A DNA stretch of 62,167 bases, counting the filler. It is 4 parts of 4 records of this genome, joined end to end, with 100 filler letters (N's around TTAATTAATTAA, not from the genome) between each part and the next. Parts side by side here need not be neighbours in the genome. Positions count along the whole stretch, not along the records: positions 29,646 to 41,134 come from DRR723986_7829; positions 41,235 to 53,446 come from DRR723986_7833; 2 more parts are not named here. One strand, 5' to 3'. The notes under the pieces are model-generated. The model was not told where the DNA came from, did no database searches, and saw only the letters and a list, made by a program, of their open reading frames with translations. Position numbers and translations under genes: made by a program. Every line of letters starts with the position of its first letter. The stretch's first letter is position 1. Positions 40,037 through 50,500 of the stretch are shown here, in pieces.

Positions 40037-40126
40037 GGCCGGCAGTCTGTGAACTGTTTAAGCTGACAGCTAAACGAATGTTTTATATTGTTGCGGGGTC
40101 AATTGTTGGCGGCTTGTGGATACGCG

Positions 40127-40180
40127 ACAAACAAAAAACTCAAAAAGCAAGCCTGAAGTGGAACGCCGGGCGCTGCAATC
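40127..40180 (-). repeat. bipartite dispersed repeat, copy C
   Basis: minus strand: GATTGCAGCGCC-N15-GGCTTGCTTTTTGAGTTTTTTGTTTGT. Confidence 0.8.
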
Positions 40181-40316
40181 AGAACACGTTTGCCTGAGGA
40201 TTTGCGCAAAATGGTGTGTCTTGTTGTAAATTCAATATTTTGTACTACCGGCGCAATAGTCGGGTAGCCAGTCAATTGGCGGCCCGGATCACACTATGTA
40301 GCACTGAGAAAAGCAC

Positions 40317-41048
40317 ATGAAGTTGTTAACATATCGCGAAACTACAAATCTTTTGGACTGCCTGCTAATTTTTTGCCTGCTGTCGCTTAGCGCCCTTAAT
40401 GCGCAGACGCAGGAAATAGTTGCCGTTCCATCTGGCACCCTGGTTGAAATCGAGGGTCGGGACTATTATTTGGAGTTTAAGAACAGCTTTGAGTATGCGG
40501 GTGTTGAAATGGTGTTTGGTGATATTGTCCTTAAACATGGCGGCACTGAACATCGTGTGAAAATTGCAAAATGGGAACCCTGGCAACTTGATGTGCGCGG
40601 TACAAACAGCAGCGTGGAACAGGATGATCTGCGTAAATATAGCCGCTCCGAAACCTTCACAATTCCCGAGGGTGGTCCTGCCGAACTGCAATTTTATCGG
40701 CGTATGGGAATGTGGGCTCCATGCAGCGCCAACCCGCCCGGGTCCTACGACCCTTTAGGTTCGCATGTTGAATTAACACCCTGGGATGTCAGCGATAAAA
40801 CCGAATGGTCGGTGCAGTTGTGTGATGCCACAAGCGGTGAAATGTTAATGGACTTAAACACGGCAGGCATTGATGCGCATAACGATCCGGCGTCAGCGCC
40901 TTTTTATGGTGACGCGCCCAGAATTGTTAAACACAGTGTTAAAATTCCAGCTGCATTTGCGGGCAGGCAAGTGTACGTTCAGGTTGTAACGCGCCGCTGG
41001 GGTGGCCCGCACAATGGCCTGAAATTGTCGCGCCGCGCAATTCCCTGA
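40317..41048 (+). CDS. hypothetical exported protein
   Basis: signal-peptide-like LLIFCLLSLSALNA-Q; no recognised domain; flanked by inverted repeat copies. Confidence 0.65.
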   Translation: MKLLTYRETTNLLDCLLIFCLLSLSALNAQTQEIVAVPSGTLVEIEGRDYYLEFKNSFEYAGVEMVFGDIVLKHGGTEHRVKIAKWEPWQLDVRGTNSSVEQDDLRKYSRSETFTIPEGGPAELQFYRRMGMWAPCSANPPGSYDPLGSHVELTPWDVSDKTEWSVQLCDATSGEMLMDLNTAGIDAHNDPASAPFYGDAPRIVKHSVKIPAAFAGRQVYVQVVTRRWGGPHNGLKLSRRAIP

Positions 41049-41076
41049 AGATGGTGGATCCCGTTTGATACGCGCT

Positions 41077-41134
41077 GATTGCAGCGCCGCTCCTAAAAAT
41101 CCGCGGCTTGCCTTTTGAGGGTTTTGTTTGTTGT
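41077..41134 (+). repeat. bipartite dispersed repeat, copy A (at contig end)
   Basis: GATTGCAGCGCC-N16-GGCTTGCCTTTTGAGGGTTTTGTTTGTTGT. Confidence 0.8.
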
Positions 41135-41234
41135 NNNNNNNNNNNNNNNNNNNNNNNNNNNNNNNNNNNNNNNNNNNNTTAATTAATTAANNNNNNNNNN
41201 NNNNNNNNNNNNNNNNNNNNNNNNNNNNNNNNNN
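41135..41234. other. artificial contig-joining linker
   Basis: 44 N + TTAATTAATTAA + 44 N. Confidence 0.98.
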
Positions 41235-41459
41235 ATTCCGGCTATCTTTCAATTACTCAATTAACCGCGTTACCCACTCGGGACTCAAATGTGCGATTCT
41301 ACCATCTACACTCAGCGACAAAAGTACATGAGACTCTACGACTCCAATACTTCTCGATCAGTGACTAACAAGATGGCCTTTAAACTGCCCACGTAGTGAG
41401 GCAGCCGCGCCGCAAAAAAACTATCAACTATTTAACAAGCCGCAGGTTAAACAAGGCAC

Positions 41460-41495
41460 AAAAAAACCGCTGGAAGAACAAGTCCTCCAGCGGTT
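41460..41495 (-). terminator. Rho-independent terminator after the giant gene
   Basis: AACCGCTGGA-N11-TCCAGCGGTT with an A-run on its left (U-tail on the minus strand), ~50 nt after the stop. Confidence 0.75.
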
Positions 41496-41544
41496 AAGAA
41501 TACAACATCTACAAGAGATGTTTAATTCGTATTACCAGCGACGA

Positions 41545-44500
41545 TCATTCACATCCCGGCTCAGGTTGGCTGATCTTGTTTAATGCGATTCGGATGTTTC
41601 GCATGCGCAAGAGCGGCAGATTTGAGCTGGTCAACTCGGAGAAGACGGCGATGTCAAAGGCAAAGAAACCATCCTGAACGGCTGGTTGGTTCTGCTCGAA
41701 CCAACTGGACGTAGCGCAGGAAAGTTCATGTGCCGTATTCGAGTTTAAGTTAAACGGCTCGCGCAGGAATACTGGCAGGAGCGTCACAATGCCGTCCTGT
41801 TCACATACATCCTCAGTTTGCGTTTGGCCGTGGAAGATCGTAAAACCATACAGAGCTCCAACACGCATGCGTGCCGTGGAATCCGCCCCAAAAAGAAGGT
41901 TAAACAGATTCTGCAGATACGGCGCCAGCGTGTCCCAATCGGGATCAACACCAGGTAGCGCGGCCAGATCGATACACTCCTCAGTATCCGTTAATGGCGA
42001 AGCAACGTTAACAAAACGTACCAGCGGCGTTTGGTACACAAAGTTAGGATTAACGTCAAAGAACTCACCCGTACTCGGATTAAAGGAGAGCTGACGGTTG
42101 CGCTCCAGGCGAATGCCGGACCAGGCGTTCTCATATTCCAGGATGTTAAGTTTATCCATGACGAACATACGCACCAACTCCGTCGCATCCGCTTCGGCCT
42201 GCGCACTCATGCCACGCGGCGCAACACTTAAACGCGTATTTGCCGGTGTACATGCAGGCTGCTCAACAAGTTCACCACCCGGACCGTAAACACGCGTTTC
42301 GGGTTTGCCTTCAACTTCGTGTTGGTCAAACTTAAACCAGAGGCCGTCACGCGGTTCCAGAATTGAAGGCCAGAAGCCCGTAGCTTGCTGGATACGCTCA
42401 ACGCGAATGGCGCCGGACTCGTCAGGGTGTGAAACCTCAAAACGATCCGTGCCACCTTCAGCGCTAATGCGTTGGTTGGCGCTGTTATTGCCCGTCACCC
42501 AGGCTTTCCAGGAGTTGGCTGCACCCTGAACGAGCTCAGCAAATGCGCTGAGTGCGTTCGATGCGGCTTCACCTGGGTTATCGCCCGAGAGTTCGTTCAA
42601 CAGCGGCTGCAGAACCGGATATTCACGTGAGAATCGCGCCAACCAGTGTGAGAGTGGAATCGTGACGGCCATCTTGGCCATAGCCGCGAAATTGTCCGGC
42701 GCAAGGTTGTACTCGATCTCTGTGATAATCGAATCCTGCTCGACGTCATCATGCTCATAAGAGTACAAATAGTACCAGCTGCGCGCTCTATCGAGCACAC
42801 TTCCACTGCCCTCGTATTCACCTGAGCAAGGGTTCTGGCTAACCAGCGTCGGCGGCGTTGGGTACTCGCGCAGCGGCAGTGGCACATTCGCAATTCCCAT
42901 ATCCACGACTGTGTTGGGCGTCAGGAATGTTAACCACGAAGATGAGCGGTACTCGCGCGCGCCATCCGGTGCGGCTCTAAAGTCATGCTCTAAATGCGAA
43001 AGTGCATATTCGAGCGGTAACTCCAGGGCCCTGCGGCCGGCAGCCACGTTGGAATCCAGTGTAAATGTTAAGCGCGAATTCGGACTTCCGCTCGAACCAG
43101 CATCCGGTGAGACGCGAATCTTAGCCGTTGAAAGCGTGCTGTTGTCAGTTGCATCGTCCAGTACAGGTTCTTCGCTCAGTCCAGGCCTGCGCACCGAACC
43201 AAACAGACGCGGTGCATCCTGGCCACTGAACTCCGATTTAACTCCTACCGGATATTGCAGGACGGCCTGCAGCGTATACGCCTGCGTTAACTGGATCAGA
43301 AGCTGCTGACGCAAGGTTTCCTTGGCAGCAATCAGATTATCGCCACCGGCACGGCCGGCGTCAACGTCCAGAATGAATGTTAATCCTTCGACAATACTAT
43401 CGGCCAGCAATTGTTTGCTGCTCAATATCGTATCGAAGGCTTCCGGATTTAACTGGCGCGCATTAACGGCACTTTCGGGCCCAAGGACAATGTCCACGGC
43501 TTCCAGGAAGGCCTGTGCGGTGTCGTCCAGATCCAACCCACTGATTTGCTCCGGCGTGGCAATAATTTGCCCATTGCCATCGCGTAGTGGCCAGCCATTG
43601 TCGTCGTACTGCACAATTCCAACCGTTCCCTGCCAGAGCGTGCGTGAAAGCGGCTTGGGCGCGTAGTAAATTGGATTGTTCAGAATGTTAACATCAATAC
43701 CCTGCGTATCCGCATCAGCCGCCGAACTGGAGACCAGATCAAGACGCACAGACCAAAGATTTGCAGTGCCAATGTCATCCACGCCGCTCGCGGCTTTGAG
43801 TTCGGTGAAAGCCGCCTCAAATTCACGCGCAAAGAATTCAAGTGAATTATTTGTGTCGGCAGGATTTTGATCCAGGCCATCACCCACCTGCGTCATGGGC
43901 GCAATGCTTGTGACAGCCGTCTTGACTGTAGGCATGCGTTCTACTGCCTGAGCGTCAAGATTGTCGCTACGCTCAATCGTCAGGTTAACAAGGATTTCAG
44001 CAATGTCGCTGCTCTGCTTGTCGCGATCTGCGCGGTCGATGGTCAATGTCAGGCGTGTTTCGATCGGGCTGTCATCTACGGCAACACCATTTGTGATGTC
44101 ATCCAGGAACTTGTAGATATTCTCTACAAACTCGCAGAGTGCCGTCCGAATCTCTTCACTATCGGGAGCGCCGGAATATTCCGGTGCCAATGTCGTGGCC
44201 ACGTCGAAGCTCGTACCTGCGTCAGCCAATTGATAAAAGATGCGTCGATACTGCGCTTTGGTCTGCAGGATATCTTCAGCGTCCAGCGTGCCTTCAACAA
44301 AACTCTCTTTGTTAAACACAAATGCGATCGTCAGATCACCGGTACCGCTCTGGCCTTCTTTTTGCGTCACGAGGAACCAGCTATCGATGCTTGGCCACTG
44401 ATTCGGTGGAATCAGTTCATCAAAGTACCGCACGGGAATGTTAAGTACACCGGATGAACTGTCAAGGCGGTTGCCAAACAGATCTACGAAGTTGTACTGC

Positions 44501-47500
44501 ATGCCGGCGGTATTACCAACACCTGCATAGGGCGATGTTCCTGTGATTATATCACTCGTGTAAGCCGGCGGAACCGGATCCTTAAAGAAGGACGCGATGG
44601 CCAGAGCCTGACGGTAACGCCACTCGGCTTCATCGACGGCTTCCTGAACAACATCTTCGTCCTGCTCAGTTGGTCCAACGGGCAGACCCTGCGTACTGCG
44701 CTTAAAGCCGCCGTCATCTTTGAGGAAGAACTCAAGCAAACTGTAAAGGTTGTTTAAGTCGCTCTCAGTTAACTGATCATCATCCAGTGCGGCTTTGAAT
44801 TCAGCTGAATTCGGCGCAATTCCGGCGGCGCGCAGCGCATCAACAACTTCAAACTGGTTGAGTTTGGTACGACGCTTGGCATTTGGCGCAACACTTGCCG
44901 GCAGATCAAATACGGCCGTTGGGTTGCTGCGTTCAATGCGGAATGCGGCCGTACCCGGCGAAAGCACCGCGTGATATGTAGTTTCATCAACAGCATCAGC
45001 AAAGAATACAGCACCATTTGCCGAGGACTCGGGCGTTGGCGCAGTGCGATCCAGCTGGATAGTGTTAATGTATTCGGCCACATTCTGTCCGGCGGGCTGT
45101 TGCTCTGTTTGCAGCACAACCATCAGTGTCAACTCAATCTGGTTGCCATCCTCAAACAGGTAATCCGGCAGAGCATTGCCTGCGGAGTTTTTGTAGAAGA
45201 GGTAGTAACCACCAGAGTTAACAATACTGAGCTCGTCAATCAGGCGCAGGAATGAGTTGGTATCGGCCATGGTCGCCGAAAATTCGGGATCGGGCTGATA
45301 GGCTGCATCCAGTGCCATTTTCGCCATTGGCGAGGTGTTCGGATTGCTTTCAGTTGAGAGATTCGTTTTAACCAGCAGGATTTCGCTCGGGTCCAGAACG
45401 TCGGAAATCGCGCCCTGGCCACCGGAGTCGTCACCCTGGCCGGCGTACAGAATCTTAATCGATTCGATTGCGGGGCCGTCGAGCAGCAGGCGTTCGAGGA
45501 TATCGCGATCTGACTCACTGGTGCCACCCAGCTGATACACATTGGACAGCGTGGCGCCGGCCTGACGTGCATCGGGAATCTGCTGAGCAGTGATTGTTAA
45601 CTGCGTTGTGAGGCGATATGTGACGCTGATAGGATCACCGCCGACGGACTCATAGACTTCGCCGGTACTGCCCTCTTTCCAGGCCAGTTTAAGTGGATTG
45701 TTGCTGACCAGTTTCTGGCGCAGACTATCCGTAAATGGATAGAGCGAACGCGCGGTACCCGAATCATCCCAGGCAGTCACAGTTTGCAGTGCAAAGGTGA
45801 CGTCGGCTGGTTCGCTGAACTCTTCAAGCGCAGCGCGGACGTCGCCCGGATCAATGCTTGAGTGCTCAAGTCGTTCAATCTCGGCGCGGCCTTCGTCGTC
45901 GATTTCAACCTTAACGACACCATTCATGCTGTACCAATCTGCGTCGGTATTTTCATAGAATATGGTGTATTCGGGCTGCTCTTCTTCACTCACAGGTTGC
46001 AGGTTAAGTGCAAACTGCTGTCCGGTTTGTTCGTAGAGCGCTTTAGTCTCGATTTCCGGCCACACATCACGATCGGATGGGAATTCTCCACCGTTCGGAT
46101 TCGGGACGCGCAGACCGTGATTCATAAAACGCGAAGCCATACCGGAGACCTGGCCGAACTGATTACTGCTGTACATGTCGTCAAGCAGATCGCTGACCGT
46201 AATGGCCGACGCTTCCGAGTCGGTTAACATCTGCTGCGCAAGCTGCACAGCGGACTTCATGACGAGAGCGAAGTAATCCTGGAAGACGATGGTCGGCATG
46301 GAGACGCCGTCGACAGCCATCATCTTGCGCGCCATCTCGTCCAGATCACTCAGAATGTCGTCACTCACAGAAAGCAGACGGAAGTATTCTGCCAGATCCT
46401 GCTCGAACTGACGTGTGCGCAGGTTAACATCTGCAAAATCAACGTTAATCGGATCACCAGCCTGATTCTCGGTACGAACAAGCGATTGCGGGATGATTGG
46501 GAATGTCGTCGCATTTCCGTCTTCGGGATTTGCTTCCGGCAAACCAACTATCATCGTGAAGTTTAGCTTGATGAAGTCTGTAAGCGTTGCGTAGTCAAGC
46601 GGCGTTGAGCCGTCAACCGATGTTGCCAAAGTCGGTGGCAAGTCAAGCATTTCCATCAGTGAAGTCAAAGACTCCTGGCTGACGGTATGGTCGAGGATAT
46701 TGTCGGAGTCAGGCACCGAATCATGCAGTTTAATCGACCAGGACAGCATCGTAGCTGCCAGGCGATTAAATGCCGTGTCACGCCACGAACCTTCAGTCGG
46801 CGGCGTTTCATTCGATGGGCTTTCAACCAGCAAGGATGTCACCGCCTGCGCGGCCAGCTTGCCGTTCGAGTCGATAACGGTCGTTTGCGGTGAGAACCAA
46901 ACCGGAAGATCCAGCGGGGCGTCATTAAACACTTTGGACGGCGTCCAGGAAATAACCGGCGCGGCCGCAAGCCTAAATGCTGACGGCGTGGCCAGTTTGT
47001 TCGCGCTGGTTTTCTTACCGTCGTCAATGAGCCACTCTTCGCGGAAGGTCGCTTTGAATTTGAACGAAACTTTGATCTGGATTTTAATTCCAAAGACCTT
47101 AACGCCAATCTTGGCCCAGGCTTTGACTTCAACTTTGGCTTCAAACCAGATCAGGAAAGGCTCGTCATTCTGCCAACGCGCACCGATCGCCACGGAGACT
47201 TTGAGTGAGATACCAGCTTTAACAATTCCGAAGTCGGCTTCACCGCTGATGTTCCCCACCAATGCGAGCTGACCTTGTAGCAGCCAGGCATCCGGCACGG
47301 AGAAGATCGTGCTTTTGCCGCCCTCCAGAATCCAGCCCGCCGCACCTTCGATTGAACCATTAACTGTTAATGACAGTTTGGCCTTAAATGGACCAGATTT
47401 CAGTTCTTTGCCGAGTCCAACACTTAAGGCAATCCCCATTTCTAGTACTGGATCGAGGATTGCGCCGGAAGGCACGCTGAGCGTGCTGGACGTGATTCCG

Positions 47501-50500
47501 TTCAGGTAACCAAAGTAGAGTCCACCTTTACCCTGGAAGACTATAATCGTGACGCCGAACGAATTTGAGAAATCGGTGATATCGGCCGGATAACCGATGT
47601 CAATCCGGAAGTTCCCATTCGTAAATATCTGCACGCCAATGCTTGGCAGGAAGATCGTAAACTTCTTGAAATCCAGCTTGCGCAGCGAATCCGGCAGAGT
47701 CAGGTTGGCAGCGTACACACCGATGTCGTCGGTAATTTTTTTGTACATGATCTGGAATTCGAAGTTCTCGAATTTGCCTTTCTGCACAACTTTAACAAGC
47801 AGGCCATACAAGACCGGATCGTTAAACACACCACCAAGTGTTACAGCTTCAAACAGCGTAAACTGCGCACCGATTAACCAGTTGCGGTCAGAGTGATAAA
47901 AAGCTCGCAATGCCGTCATCAACTCAGCGCGATCCATGCTGGAGCTGGGTAACTCCTCCATCATATATTTGAGCACTTCGCTGACGCTGCGGAACTTGTT
48001 CGGATCGGATGTATCCGGTCCAACGCGCTGGCCTAATCCCAGATATGCAACGCTGAGCCAGGCTTTGTCATCATCCTTCGGCGGGTCGTCTTCATTATTA
48101 TTGCCGTTTTGTGGATCGTCTTCCTTAAGCGCCAGTTTGGCACGGCGAGATTTAGCTGCACCTGGATTGCCTTCTTCCGGCTCGCCGGGCTCATCCGGGT
48201 TCTTCGGTGGCAGCGCAATTGCATCCGCCGTATTTGAGTAACCGAAGTACCAACCCAAATTGGTCGTGGAGCCGTTGGAGGTATTGTTTGGATCAGCGAA
48301 CAGCATCAGATCCATTCTCATGGAAACTGTGATGTCGATCTTGTTAAACATCTTCAGCTGGAAACCACCGAGCATCAGGACAAAAACGATGTCTTCATTT
48401 TCGTCGGGGAAAAACTCCAGGCGGATCAGCTCAAATGTTAACTGCAGGATGCCCATCAGGTCGAACTCCTGCTTGCCGCCGGCAATACTCGGGAGTTTGA
48501 TCCACATGTTCCATTGGCTTCCATCCCAGCCGAGCAAGACCTGCGCACTCAGTCCCTGACCGAATGATACGAGCGCGCCGAGCGTCCCCAGGTCCAGTTC
48601 AGCGAAGAATGAATAGCGCGGAGCCTGCAAACCAACCGGTTCATCGGTCGGAATGTCAATCGTAAAGAAGCCGTCGTCAGCCGGTTTGAAGGTTTTGCCG
48701 GGCTTACAGTCCGCCATATCTTCAATGTAGTTGTCGGGCGAGGGGCCCATGCGCAGCGACGAGAGTTTGATCGGGAAACCTTTGAGAAGGCTGTTGTCGC
48801 GCAGTTTAGAGTTGGCCGCCTTCGGGTTGAGAATCGCCGAACGCGGATCAAATGCGAAGAGCAGCGGCGGCTCCGGCGTGACATTAATCTCGTTCTGCAT
48901 CAGAATGCCAACGCCGCTGACCGCCAGGCTCTCATAGGAGAAGATGTCAGCATTTTTAGTGCCGGATTCACCCGTCGCCAGATTGCGAAAACGCATTGAG
49001 CCCCAAATGCTAAACAAGGAAGTGATCGTCATCGGGTCGTCGTAGTCTACAGCCTCCAGCGGGTCTGTGTAAACTGTCGAGAATTCAATCTGACTGATTT
49101 GCATTCCGGAGACGATCGACTCCGTGTCAACGGTGTCAAACTCAAAAGCTCCAAGCGTTACGAAGCTGTAGTGTGACTGCCCGTCGGCATCCACGTAACC
49201 GCCGTTGATAGTGATGATGTTATCATCAACCCCCTTCTGGCTGACTGCCTCATCCCACAGAGTGTTAATCGCCACTTTTACCCTGCAGGCAAAGTCGCGA
49301 ATCTGTGTATTGGTGAACAGGACACGCAGCAATTCAACGTGGAAGTCATAACAGGTTGTTGCCGGTGTGAAGTCCGGCTCGCTGTAGTCAATCAATGCAA
49401 AGAGTGAACTCTGCTGCAGTTCCGGCCCCTGGGCGCCGCTGCGGATCAGGTTAACATCAATGCCGAAGTAGGCTGCCTTAAACTGGCTCAGATCCATGCC
49501 GGCGGTTATCCCGCGAATCTCGTTCGGCAGTCCCGACGGCGGCACGGGCACGTTAAACACGAGCACCCCGCTCCAGCGCGGATTAACGGCGGCTTCAGCC
49601 AGTGCGCGCCAATTCGGATCGGTGGCATTTTCAATTGCCCTGGTGAGTGTTGCCTTGATGGTGGAATGCACCAGCGGCAAGTCTTCCGGATTGTTAAATG
49701 CTGTGGGTGTGCTCCAGAGCTCAACGCAGTCAATCAAGGTCTCCAGCGCAATTCCATCGTAGAACTTCATCAACATGATTGTTGATTCAGCGCCACGCGG
49801 CTCCAGGTCAAACTCCCAGCCCGTAATCGGAATTGTGCCGCTCGTATCGCGCGAGCCGGTAAAACGGCCAAGTGAACCTTGTTTGCTGGCTACGATAAAA
49901 GAGTTGTCGGCCTGCAGTGCATTCTGCAGATCCTCGGTCACTTCGTTGATTTGAACTGTAACGACGTTACCATTTTCTTCAGTCGTCTGCGCCAGTTTAA
50001 TTGTTTTCCAGCGCGAGGCGTCCACGTCAACATCGGCCACAACACCCTGGTTGGTCGTTGCGGCAATTGGTGTGCCGCTGCTGCCGCTCGGCGGAATTGG
50101 CGTGATTTTTTTGCGCCGGTCGGGTGCGACGGCGCGGTCGAGCAACTTTTTAACATCAGAAACTGAGTAGTATCCGTTGTTAAGGTCGATGCGCCCCAAT
50201 GGCGTCACCGGAAACGATTTGCCGTCGAGCGTCAATGCACCGGAGTTTAACTCCAGAAACCCGAGCACGTCGGACTTCGAGAACTCACCGGTTTGTGCAA
50301 AGAGCGCCGAAGAAATCGGCTGGGCGTAGTAGTCACTGGGCGCATCACCATCGGCGGCGGCGTTTGCACCATTACCGTTGGTCGGCGCCGGAGGCCCCAT
50401 TTCAATCCAGGCAGTCGTGACTTCACCTGTAAGCAGTGAAGGATTCTCGAGTGCTTCAAAGTCGGTGGTACACTGGTCGCGCAGGGCTTTGGGCGCAAAA

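Noticed and set aside
41410-41445. CAAAAAAACT...AACAAGCC resembling the dispersed repeat
   Set aside because: Too degenerate and lacks the second box
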